From Octopus sinensis (lineage: Eukaryota): a stretch of DNA of 56,023 nt. The DNA lies in contig NW_021837023.1 of NCBI RefSeq assembly GCF_006345805.1, positions 1 through 56,023 of the forward strand. The letters are read 5' to 3'. The notes beneath the pieces were generated by a model, which made no database searches, was not told where the DNA came from, and saw only the letters and a program-made list of their open reading frames with translations. How positions within the stretch are numbered: the first letter of the stretch is position 1; every line of letters begins with the position of its first letter. Shown in pieces: positions 1 through 11,912 of the stretch. A program made the position numbers and the translations under genes.

Positions 1-2848
1 ATCTGGAAGCTTAAAGATCTGCAAATGGACAGAGATTTAGGGACATATTACTTGAAGCCTCTGACGAAGTAGAAGGGGATAGAGCATCACAGGGGGGTAG
101 AAGACAGCTGGGCGTTTCTAAGGGACAACCTGCTGAGAGCCACTGACCAGATCTGTGGCTGGTGCAAAGTCCCCTCTCGACCTAGAATAACGTGGTGGTG
201 GAACAATATTGTAGACAGGGCTTAGAGAAAAGAGACAGGCTTGGAAGGTCTGGAAAATGGGGGGGTAGCAGGGGATTGTATCAGACTGCCAAAAGAGAAG
301 CTAGGAGAACAGGTTTATTTAGCCAGAGGGGAAGCAGATAAGAAAAAATTTGCCAATGTTCTGCGCCGTGAGGACCAAAGACTGGAGGTGTTTCGTGTTG
401 CAAGACAGTGTGTGAGAGAGAATCGTGATGTGGTAGGAGAGAAGTGTGTTCGCATGGAAGATGGTTCACTTGCGCTAAATGAGGATGCAAAGAGAGAGGT
501 TTGGAGATGCCACTATGAAAGGTTGCTGAATGAAGAAAATGAATGGGATAAAGAGAGTCTGCCGAATGTTGACCCAACAGAGGGACCAGCTATCCGAGTT
601 GATAGTTCTGTGGTAGCTAAGGCAATTAGAAGCATGAAGACAGGGAAAGCCCCAGGCCCATCAGGAATCACTGCAGAGATGCTCAAAATGTCTGGTAGTG
701 TCGGCTATAGCCTAGTCACCCGTATAGTTAATCAGGTGATACACAAAGGTGTCATACCCAATGACTGGTGTAGCAGTATAATAGTCAACTGCTACAAAGG
801 TAAAGGTGATGCCCTAGATACAAATAACTACAGAGGTATCAAGCTGTTGGACCAGGTGATGAAGGTTACGGAGAGGGTCATAGCCCAACTAATTAGAGAG
901 AGAGTTAGTTTAGATGAGATGCAGTTTGGGTTGTGCCAGGGAAAAGTACTACTGATGCTATATTCCTGGTAAGGCAGCTGCAGGAGAAATACCTAGCCAA
1001 AGATAAGCCCCTGTACCTGGCTTTTGTTGACATGGAGAAAGCCTTCGACAGGGTCCCCCGATCCTTATCTGGTGGGCAATGAGAAAACTAGGGATAGATG
1101 AATGGTTAGTGAGAGCTGTGCGGGCCATGTACAGGGACGCCGCTAGTAGGGTGAGGGTGGAAATGTGTACAGTGAAGAATTCCGGGTAGAGGTAGGAGTC
1201 CACCAAGGCTCAGTACTCAGCCCCCTCCTATTTATCATAGTCCTCCAGGCAATAACGGAGGAATTCAAGACAGGATGCCCTTGGGAGCTCCTCTATGCTG
1301 ATGACCTTGCTCTAATTGCTGAGTCGCTATCAGAACTGGAGGAGAAGTTTCAGGTGTGGAAACAAGGATTAGAATCGAAGGGCCTCAGAGTCAATCTAGC
1401 TAAAACCAAAGCCGTAATCAATAGGAAGGTAGACAAATCACAAACACCTTCAGGTAGATGGCCCTGCTCGATCTGTAGAAAAGGTGTAGGTAGAAACTCT
1501 ATAAGATGCACCAAGTGTAAGCTATGGACACATAAGAGATGCAGCAATGTCAAAGGAAGGCTAACTAGGAAGATGGTTTTTGTATGTGGCAGATGCTCAG
1601 GAACAATAAACACTGAAAATGCTCTGAGACCAACTTCCGTCACTTTCCAGGAGAAAAACTAGAAATAGTTGATAGTTTCCGTTACCTAGGTGACCAAGTC
1701 AGCAGGGGGGGGGTTGTGCTGAAGTGTAACTGCTAGAGTAAGAATAGCTTGGGCAAAGTTCAGAGAGCTCATACCTCTACTGGTGACAAAAGGCCCTCGC
1801 ACAGAGTGAAAGGCAGGACTGTATGATGCGTGTGTACGAACAGCCATGCTACATGGCAGTGAAACATGGGCCGTAACTGCTGAGGATATGCGTAAGCTCG
1901 CTAGAAATGAAGCCAGTATGCTCGATGGATGTGTAATGCCGGTACTCACACTCGGCAGAGTGTAAGTACCTTGAGAGAAAAGCTGGACCTAAGAAGCATC
2001 AGTTGTGGTGTGCAAGAGAGACGTTTGCGCTGGTATGGTCATGTGGCGAGAATGGATGAAGATAGTTGTGTGAAAAAGTGCCACACCCTAGCGGTTGAGG
2101 GAACCTGTGGAAGAGGCAGACCCAGGAAAACCTGGGACGAGGTGGTGAAGCACGACCTTCGAACTTTAGGTCTCACTGAGGAGGAATGACTAGAGACCGA
2201 GACCTCTGGAAGTGTGCTGTGCGCGAGAAGACCGGCAGGACAAGTGAGTCCATAACCCGTGGCCTTCTACATGTGATGGAGCCAGCCTACGTATGCATAC
2301 CTTCCCTTCTTGGGACACAAAACTCTACTTGTGAAGACGTGATGAGGCAAGTGAGGATCAGAATCGAAATCGATCAATGGAAATTGCGGATGTGCTACCA
2401 GTGCCGGTGGCATGTCAAAACTCTGCTTGTGAAGACCCGTTGAGGCAAGTGACGATCAGAATCGAAATCGATCAATGGAAATCGATCAATGGAAATTGCA
2501 GATGTGTTACCAGTGCCGGTGGCATGTAAGAGAACTTTCCGTTTCGCGACCGTTGCCAGCACCGCCCCGTTTCGTGTCCGTTGCCAGCCTCGCCTGGCCC
2601 TCGTGCGGTGGCACATAAAAAGCACCATCCGTTCGTGGCCGTTTGCCAGCTCTGTCTGGCACCAGTGCGGGTGGCACGTAAAAAGCACCCACTACAGTCA
2701 CGGAGTGGTTGGCGTTAGGAAGGGCATCCAGCCGTAGAAACACTGCCAGATTTGACTGGGCCTGATGAAGCCTTCTGGCTTCACAGACCCCAGTAGAACC
2801 GTCCAACCCATGCTAGCATGGAAAACGGACGCTAAACGATGATGATGA
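1..2848 (+). mobile_element. RTE-clade LINE, frameshifted ORF2 (RT) plus 3'UTR with (GAT)n tail; 5' end outside the window
   Basis: WWWN; KAPGPSGI; NYRGIKLL; GVHQGSVLSPLLF; LLYADDL; [17 protein letters not shown] across several frames; ends aaacgatgatgat. Confidence 0.93.
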
Positions 2849-2860
2849 GATATAACAAAT

Positions 2861-2921
<61 letters not shown>

Positions 2922-3329
2922 GATAGTAGATGAAAATAGATGGAAATTTAGGGTGTAGATGAGCAGCTTCTAAGGAGATTTTAGAAAATCATAGAGCATT
3001 CTGGGTAACAGTGTCATCTACATGGCAATGACCTTAACATCAACAACAACAGCAAGTGCAGCAACAACAGCTGCGATTAAAACAACAACAACAACGATAA
3101 ATAAAAAAAATATCAAATAACTTACGTGGAATGTCCTTTGGTAGTGATTGAACCCGGAACCTTCAGCGGAGTGCCAGTAACAACAACAACAACAATGTTG
3201 ATAACAACAACAACAACAGCAACAACAGCAAGAGCCATGGTAACCACAAATGATGTGAGGGAGTGCGTAAGGACTGTCTTTGGTGGACTTAGACATTGAC
3301 AATAACCAATGGTGTGGGGGAACCACTTT

Positions 3330-3415
3330 TTACTACTACTACTACTACTGCTACTGTTATTACTACTGCTGCTGCTGCCACCTCTACTACTACTACTACT
3401 ACTATTATTACCACC

Positions 3416-3451
<36 letters not shown>

Positions 3452-3456
3452 GTTAT

Positions 3457-3491
<35 letters not shown>

Positions 3492-3647
3492 GTACTACTA
3501 CTACTACTAGTACTACTACTACTACTACTACTACTACTAACTACTACTACTACTACTACTACTACTAACTACTACTACTACTACTACTACTACTAACTAC
3601 TACTACTACTACTACTACTAGTACTACTACTACTACTAGTACTACTA

Positions 3648-3678
<31 letters not shown>

Positions 3679-3762
3679 GTACTACTAACTACTACTACTA
3701 CTACTACTACTACTAACTACTACTACTACTACTACTAGCTACTACTACTACTACTACTACTA

Positions 3763-3840
<78 letters not shown>

Positions 3841-4027
3841 ACTACTACTACTACTACTACTACTAACTACTACTACTACTACTACCACTACTACTAACTA
3901 CTACTACTACTACTACTACTAACTACTACTACTACTACTACTAACTCTACTACTACTACTACTACTAACTTACTACTACTACTACTACTCTACTACTACT
4001 ACTAACTACTACTACTACTACTACTAC

Positions 4028-4061
<34 letters not shown>

Positions 4062-4086
4062 ACTAACTACTACTACTAACACTACA

Positions 4087-4130
<44 letters not shown>

Positions 4131-4165
4131 GCTGCTACTACTACTACTACTACTACTACTGCTGC
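3330..4165. repeat. (CTA)n microsatellite, ~830 bp
   Basis: Read directly. Confidence 0.98.
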
Positions 4166-4525
4166 TGCAGCTTCTACAACTTCTACATACCACCACCACC
4201 ACCACTTGTTGCTGTTGCTATTACTACTACAACTACTGGAATGCAACAGTTAAGCTGACACCCTCATTGTTCTCTCTCAATGAACTATTTTACATACATA
4301 TACACATGTATGTATGTATGTACATACATATGTGTATATATGTATGTATGCATGTATGTGTTTGTGCGTGTGTATATGCATGTTTATATATGTATATCTA
4401 TCTATCTATCTATCTATCTATATATATATATACACACACATATATATAAATATATATGTATTTATATATATACATATATAAATATGTATATATTTATATG
4501 TGTATATACATGTATGCATACTCTG

Positions 4526-4593
<68 letters not shown>

Positions 4594-4631
4594 TGATAGA
4601 TCAACAAATGTACACATATTTTCAGACATAT

Positions 4632-4671
<40 letters not shown>

Positions 4672-5029
4672 TTACAAACACATACATAAGTATTGCATTA
4701 TGTCTCTATTTGTTGAATGAGCATATGTTCTATAAAGCTTTAGATATCACACCTGTTCTCTGCTTGTCATTTCCATGCATTCTGTGCCAAATAGGTTTAG
4801 TGACTTTTTGCAACCCATAAATGCTTGTCCTTTTCATTTCACCTCATAAAGTCACAGTACAAATACATTCACCGATGAAATATTATTTCTTTCCTGTAAC
4901 ACCACATACTACTTTATGTTGATTTAATGATTTCGGCTTACTATTTCTCACCATGATGTCACTACCTGTGTCTAATTGCATTTTAGACATGAGTGGTTTT
5001 GATTCTCACCTTTATGAATTTTCTGTTCG

Positions 5030-5680
5030 TTGCCTCGCCTGGGCCCCGTGCCGGTGACACTTAAAAGCACCATCTGTTCGTGGCCGTTTACCAGCCCTGT
5101 CTGGCCCCCGTGTCGGTGGCATGTAAAAGCACCATCCGTTCGTGTCCGTTGCCAGCCTCGCCTGGCCCCCGTGCCGGTGACACGTAAAAGCACCATCTGT
5201 TCGTGGCCGTTTGCCAGCCCTGTCTGGCCCCCGTGTCGGTGGCATGTAAAAGCATCATCCGTTCGTGTCCGTTGCCAGCCTCGCCTGGCCCCCGTGCCAG
5301 TGACACGTAAAAGCACCATCTGTTCGTGGCCGTTTGCCAGCCCTGTCTGGCCCCCGTGTCGGTGGCATGTAAAAGCACCATCCGTTCGTGTCCGTTGCCA
5401 GCCTCGCCTGGCCCCCGTGCCGGTGACACGTAAAAGCACCATCCGTTCGTGGCCGTTTGCCAGCTCTGTCTGGCACTAGTGCAGGTGGCACGTAAAAAGC
5501 ACCCACTACACTCACGGAGTGGTTGGCGTTAGGAAGGGCATCCAGCTGTAGAAACTTTGCCAGATAAGACTGGAGCCTGGTGCAGCCTCTATGGCTTCCC
5601 AGATCCCCGGTCGAACCGTCCAACCCATGCTAGCATGGAGAACGGACGCTAAACGATGATGATGATGATGATGATGATGT
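5030..5680 (+). mobile_element. RTE 3'UTR-only copy with expanded internal hairpin array
   Basis: Matches 2500-2848; eight GGTG(G/A)CA..TAAAAGCA(C/T)C units; (GAT)n tail. Confidence 0.88.
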
Positions 5681-5938
5681 CACTACCTGTGTCTAATTGC
5701 ATTTTAGACATAAGTGGTTTTGATTCTCACCTTTATGAATTTTCTGTTCGTTGTACAAATTTTTTCTCTGATGACAAACTATTTATTTTTTACCTGTTTG
5801 GTCCAATTGTTTGTTGTCTTAAGTTCTGCAGTGCGATTTAATGTGTCCTGTGTTCCCACAACGAAAACACATCCCTTTTTTTAATGAATTCTCTTTTCTC
5901 AGGGAGCCAATTTCCAACAAAGATACAAGGCTCCATTT

Positions 5939-6323
5939 GTGGAGGCGCAATGGCCCAGTGGTTAGGGCAGCGGACTCGCGGTCATAGGATCGCGGTTTCG
6001 ATTCCCAGACCGGGCGTTGTGAGTGTTTATTGAGCGAAAACACCTAAAGCTCCACGAGGCTCCGGCAGGGGGTGGTGGTGATCCCTGCTGTACTCTTTCA
6101 CCACAACTTTCTCTCACTCTTACTTCCTGTTTTCTTTGTACCTGTATTTCAAGGGGCCGGCCTTGTCACTCTCTGTGTCACGCTGAATATCCCCGAGAAC
6201 TACGTTAAGGGTACACGTGTCTGTGGAGTGCTCAGCCACTTACACGTTAATTTCACGAGCAGGCTGTTCCGTTGATTCGGATCAACCGGAACCCTCGTCG
6301 TCGTAACCGACGGAGTGCTTCCA
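5939..6323 (+). mobile_element. SINE family C (tRNA-derived head ggaggcgcaatggcccagtggttagggcag)
   Basis: A box tggcccagtgg and B box ggtttcgattccc; dispersed copies. Confidence 0.88.
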
Positions 6324-6431
6324 CAAGGCTCCATCTTTGGGATGTAGCTAACGCAGACAAATTCACATTTGGAACTTGAGAAAAGTCTTTCATATTTTTA
6401 CTGTTCCACTTACAGATTGGACTTGTAATGT

Positions 6432-7105
6432 ACGAATTAGGTGGTGAATTTCTCTTTCTGAAAATCCCAGTTTATCCAGATTCTCCTTTAACCCTTTTGT
6501 TACTGTATTTATTTTGAGATGTGCTGTTTTTCTCTCAATTATCTTTATATATAAAAGAGAAGTTGTGTGTCTGTCTCCTACAATTTAGATTCCTAACTAC
6601 TCCCACATTTTGCGGTGCAGTTTAACCAAAACCAGGTATCTTATAGTCGTGATTCATATCGAGCCCTTCTGGGTATTAGCGCGCGTCTACGATGAGTCTA
6701 CGATTTTAAAAAAAATTTACCATCAATTTTTCCCATTTTTAATGCATTTTTGGCATATATAAGGGAAGTAACTCTCTAAAAATTTATTATTAAATCTCAG
6801 AACGTAAAAAGCTACAGTAACACCCCCCCCTTTTGTGGTTAGCCATATTGAGATGGCTATTATACTTTTCATCTCTAAAAATGCTTATAGTTATTTCCCT
6901 TATAAACCCGAGCAACGCCAGGCGATACTACTAGTTTTAAATATAACAAAGAATTTAGTAAAATAACTTAGTTATCATTAAGCTAGTGTTAGGAATATAA
7001 ATTGTGACTAAGGTTTGTTGGAAGATTTTAATTCAAAACTTTTGAAAACAAGACATTAGTACTACAGAGCTAGAGCCAGTTTCAGCTGGGTTGGTAACGG
7101 AAGGG
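6432..7105. mobile_element. piggyBac-like MITE (TTAA TSD, CCC...GGG ends) with a nested Helitron
   Basis: TTAA|CCCTTTTGTTAC ... GTAACGGAAGGG|TTAA. Confidence 0.75.
6482..6934 (+). mobile_element. Non-autonomous Helitron, complete
   Basis: A|TCTTTATATATAAAA ... hairpin CCCGAGCAACGCCAGG ... CTAG|T. Confidence 0.88.
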
Positions 7106-7172
7106 TTAAACATTTACTAACAAAACTTAGTGCTCCAATTATTATTGGTATGAATATGAATTCATGGTCTGG

Positions 7173-7175
<3 letters not shown>

Positions 7176-7209
<34 letters not shown>

Positions 7210-7552
7210 TGTGTACAGTGCTCAGGTGCACTGCAACTCATCTAAAGTGTATGTATAGTACATAGGGTAATGTACAAGCGTCAGGAAAAGAACAGTGCAT
7301 GAGTCATGACATACACATATGTGTATGAGTATGGAGGGGGGGGGGCAATCAGGTGTAGTTTCGGCGGATTTCGGAAAGCATGAGGGCCTTAAAGGATGCA
7401 GTGTCATGGCAGTCAACAACTGACGCAGGCAGTTTGTTCCATGCTTCAGCAACTCTGAGCATGAAGAAATGTTTCCGAAAGTCATGGGAGCTGTGCTGTT
7501 TTCTGATTTTGTAGGCATGTCCACGTGTGTTGGACACATGGAGATCAAAAAG
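7176..7552 (-). mobile_element. CR1-clade LINE 3' fragment
   Basis: [33 protein letters not shown]; (TTA)n tail. Confidence 0.9.
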
Positions 7553-7772
7553 GTATATAGAAGCTGAAGGTTTCAAAGCAGTTGTCCATAAATATCCTCT
7601 TTTCTTTTTCCCGTTTCTTGTTCTTATCACATATTTCTATATCAAGATGAAGAGCTGGTAGACGCATTAGCATGTTAGACAAAGTGCTTAGCACAATTTT
7701 TTCCAACTCTGTCTATTTTTTCCAACTCTGTCTATTTTTTCCAACTCTGTCTATTTTTTCCAACTTTGTCTA

Positions 7773-8200
7773 TCATACCCTCCATCAGACACCTACCATA
7801 TTCTGAGCGCCTTGTTTCCCTGGGCATGGATTCACTGAAGCTCCGGCGTCTGGCGACGGACTTGGTTTTCACCCACAAAGTTATCAACCACCTCACCACC
7901 AACAACAACACTGAACACCTTTTTGATCTCCATGTGTCTAACACACGTGGACATGCCTACAAAGTCAGAAAACAACACAGCTCCCATGACTTTCGGAAAC
8001 ATTTCTTCACGCTCAGAGTTGCTGAAGCACGGAATAAACTGCCTGCATCAGTTGTTGACTGCCATGACACTGCATCGTTTAAGGCCCTCATGCTTTCCAA
8101 AATCCACCGAAACTACACCTGATTATACATACACTTTAGATGAGTTGTAGTGCACCTGAGCACTGTACACAATGTTTATTATTATTATTATTATTATACT
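7773..8200 (+). mobile_element. CR1-clade LINE 3' fragment
   Basis: LPYSERL..L.MDSLKLRRL..DL..THK...RGH...RKHFF.LRV...NKLP; (TTA)n tail. Confidence 0.9.
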
Positions 8201-8679
8201 TTCGATTAATATAATAACTAACTCTTGAGCATTGGGGTCAATGACCCTGACTGACTCACTTACCCTCAAACCTTCCTGACCTTGTGCCAGAATTTGAAAC
8301 CCTTATATCATTTTATATTGCAATAATTCTTTATTGCTAAACAGCTGATGTCTAAAATATTTATTGCCATTAGGTAATTTCAGTTCCTACCATCTCTCCT
8401 TCGCTTCATATTAATGGTATATCTCTGACCTGTTTAAACATGTTGGATTCTAAGTTTAAAATTCATTAAATCAAGGTTTTTTTTCTATTTAATTGTATGC
8501 ATAAAGAAAGCATTTAAAAATTGGAAATCTGTCCGTAAAAGTTCTAATTAAAAATGAATGGTGTCTTGGACAAGTGTCTCCTACTGTTTGACTCAGGCCA
8601 GTCAAAATCTTATGAGTAGCTTTGACCGATGGAAACTGAAAGAAGCTTGTCTGCCTGTTTTATATATATATTTACTATT

Positions 8680-9073
8680 ACTATTTTACTATTTTACTTG
8701 TTTCAGTCATTTGACTGTGGCCATGCTGGAGCACCGCCTTTAGTCAAGCAAATCGACCCCAGGACTTATTATTTGTAAGCCTAGTACTTATTCTATCGGT
8801 CGCTTTTGCCGAACTGCTAAGTTACATTGACGTAAACACACCAGCATCGGTTGTCAAGCGATGTGGGGGGGGGGGGAAACATATACACACACGTATATAT
8901 ACATATATACGATGGGCATCTTTCAGTTTCCGTCTATCAAATCCACTCACAAGGCTTTGGTCGGCCCGAGGCTATAGTAGAAGACACTTGCCCAAGGTGC
9001 AAAACAGTGGGACTGAACCTGGAACCATGTGGTTCGTAAACAAGCCACTTACCACACAGCCACTCCTACGCCT
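8680..9073 (-). mobile_element. SINE family A (tRNA-like head ggcgcaggagtggctgtgtggt, ~400 bp)
   Basis: More than 10 dispersed copies in the window; A/B-box-like head; ends gactgaaacaagtaaaa. Confidence 0.85.
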
Positions 9074-9078
9074 ATATA

Positions 9079-9123
<45 letters not shown>

Positions 9124-9208
9124 TTCGAGACAAAACCACTATTTTGCAAAACAAACAAGGAAAGATTTAATCAATACATAAAAATTTTTAATATAAAGAA
9201 ATAAACCG

Positions 9209-9251
9209 CCACTACAATCGTTTCATGTCTTCAATGACATTCGTCAGGTGG
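9209..9251 (-). ncRNA. Minimal type I hammerhead ribozyme (GUA site)
   Basis: CCAC-CTGACGA-ATGTC(ATTGAA)GACAT-GAAA-CGATTG-TA^GTGG. Confidence 0.85.
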
Positions 9252-9919
9252 ATTTTCGATCTCCTATCTGTTTTAATTTGTTTGTTTTGCAAAATAGTGG
9301 TTTTGTCTCGAATTAATATTACATAATATTTTACTATAAAATTGGATTTAATCCTAAATCTGATTTTTTCCTGTAAATTTGGATTTATTCCCTAATATTT
9401 ATTATATATTATATATATATATAATATATTATATATATATATGTATATGTAAATATGAGGAGAGGAAAAGGTACCGGTTCCACTCCCTCAGTTTGGATTT
9501 TTACTTGCATTTTTAGCATCCCTAGTAAATAGACCCCAGGACTTATTCTTTGTAAGCCTTGTACTTATTCTATCAGTCTCTTTTTCCGAACCACTAAGTT
9601 ACGGGGATGTAAACATGCTCTTTTTATTCTTTGTAAGTCATTTTATTACTTACTAGAGAAGTGTTCTACATTTTAAGTCAAGTTTCTCATGTATGAGTAG
9701 AAAGCAACAACTACTAAACTCTATTCTAATCAAAATAAGTGACACAAAGCTTAATAAACAAGGTACCTTTTGACAAGACACCTGACGAGATGCATCTGCA
9801 TCTATGATGCACCATGACTGTACATCATCTCACCAGTGAGGGACCAATGCAAAATGGGGCGAAACAATTGTAGTGAATAATGAAAAATCTGATGAATTCT
9901 ATTTTTTTTTTCTTTCTTT

Positions 9920-9949
<30 letters not shown>

Positions 9950-9950
<1 letters not shown>

Positions 9951-10340
9951 GGTGCAGGAGTAGCTGTGTGGTAGGGAGCTTGCTAACCAACCACATGGTT
10001 CTGGGTTCAGTCCCACTGCTTGGCACCTTGGGCAAGTGTCTTCTACTATAGCCTCGGGCCAACCAAAGCCTTGTGAGTGGATTTGGTAGACAGAAACTGA
10101 AAGAAGCCTGTTGTATATATGTATATATATATATGGGTGTATGTGTGTGTGTTTGTCCCCCCAACATCGCTTGACAACCGATGCTGGTGTGTTTATGTCC
10201 CTGTAACTTAGCGGTTCGGCAAAAAGACCGATAGATTAAGTACTAGGCATACAAAGAATAAGTCCTGGGGTCGATTTACTCGACTAAAGGCGGTGCTCCA
10301 GCATGGCTGCAGTCAAATGACTGAAACAAGTAAAAGAGTA
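9950..10340 (+). mobile_element. SINE family A
   Basis: Full-length match to the family. Confidence 0.88.
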
Positions 10341-10959
10341 ATATATATATATATATTTGTTGTGCAAGATTTTTTATGTGAAATCGTGTGTCGAAACAGA
10401 TATTGTTATATTTCGGAATGGTCATTTTGCTAGTTTAGTCAATAAAAACACACACACTATATATTTGGTGTTACTTTGCTTCGATGTTATTTATTTTTTA
10501 CATTAATCTTAATCTTATTTTGGCCAGAGGTCTTTCGTCACACTCATGTGACCGCATCAGTGGTCCTTTGCTTTTTTCTTTCTTATTTGTGTCTCTCCTT
10601 ACTAACCGTCAGCCATTTTGTATTTCTATTGTATGTCTTCAGTTGCGCATGCTTATATGTCTATGTGCGTCTATGTTTATTTAGTGTGTGTGGGAGGGGG
10701 ATGCCTGTAATATTTGTATCTTCTGTTTATATACGTTCATGTAATTTGTTTTTGTTGTTGTTTTTGTTTATTCTTATTTTGTTCATGTGTTTACATCCAC
10801 TTATTATCATTACATATGCTTGTTGTATGTATGTATGTATAACAACAATACTAGTAATAATAATAATAAATAAAAAAAAAACTTATATAGTTATTTATTT
10901 CTATTTGTTTATTTATCTGTGTATTTATTATGTTTTCGGGATCCTCTACCGTCATATGT

Positions 10960-11241
10960 TGTGGTGTGTGCTAGTGTTCCATTCTAGTTTTTTATTCAGG
11001 CTAGGTTTATTTTCTATTATGTGTGTAGCTTCTGTAATTTGTCTGATTGTTGCATCTGTTCTATGTGTGGACAATATTTTAATTTCTATGTTGGTGATTG
11101 ATCCCCCGTGTTCCTGTTCAGCGTGTTGGTACAGAATCGATGAATTTTTACCTTCCTTGAGCTGTCTCCAATGTTCATTTACCCGCTCTCCTATGCTTCT
11201 TGCCGTTTCCCCTACGTATGCCGTTGTCTTGTTACTGCATC
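10960..11241 (-). mobile_element. Penelope-like element, GIY-YIG endonuclease 3' fragment
   Basis: C.....YVGETARSIGERVNEH...S.LYQHAEQEH...IKIL...R.I.EA..I....P.LN. Confidence 0.85.
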
Positions 11242-11868
11242 GTGTGTGTGTTTGTGTGTGTGTGTGTATAGATAAATAGATAGAAAGATAGATATAAATA
11301 TACACACTGATTATTTTTATCATAGTAATTTTTTCTTTCCTTTCTCTTTTTTTTTTAAAATCTCATAATCCTTGTTAAAACCATCTCCCAAGTTAAACCT
11401 TAAAATATTTTGGGTGAAATAAACAACAGTGAACCGAGAACTGTGTATGTCTGTGTGAGAGTCATTTTTGTTTTTTTATATATTTTCTATTACTTATTTT
11501 TGTAAAGTCTGTGTAAAACATCTTGGTTAATCTTGTATTTTGTCAAGGGCTTTCCAACATCTTCAGTGTGGAGGAGATGAGGTTCAGCAGAAAAAATCTA
11601 GCACACATTCTGTAAAAAAATGGAAAGAACGTAAAAAGTTCTTCCTTCAAAAAATTCATTGTTTGATAGGAAACAGTGAAAGAAAAGGGGGTTTGTAATT
11701 AATGTTAAATTATGATAATTTATGTTAAAGTTATGTAAAAAAAAAAAAATTTATTCTATACATTAATACAAAGATATATGTAATGTAGTTGCTTTGCTTC
11801 ATTGGCTGGTTAAGTACGGAGATATGCATATATGCTTGTGTATACATCCTTAAATGTATATGTGTGTG

Positions 11869-11912
<44 letters not shown>

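Noticed and set aside
3018-4820. Poly-T/Y/L/S and YI/HT-rich ORFs, and the similar ones at 15037, 24115-25829 and 49644-51142
   Set aside because: Translations of microsatellites, with no coding signal.
5030-5500. Regularly spaced repeats resembling a CRISPR array (also 17085-18150 and 43474-44320)
   Set aside because: The spacers are themselves repeated, there are no cas genes, and the context is eukaryotic retroelement DNA.
5939-6015. tRNA-like sequences at SINE heads
   Set aside because: A and B boxes are present, but there is no complete cloverleaf and each continues into a SINE body; not tRNA genes.
9778-9815. CTGACGA followed by a GATGC/GCATC hairpin (similar case at 2762)
   Set aside because: No GAAA follows stem II. 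At 2762 the other RTE copies read ctggtgca, so that match is chance.
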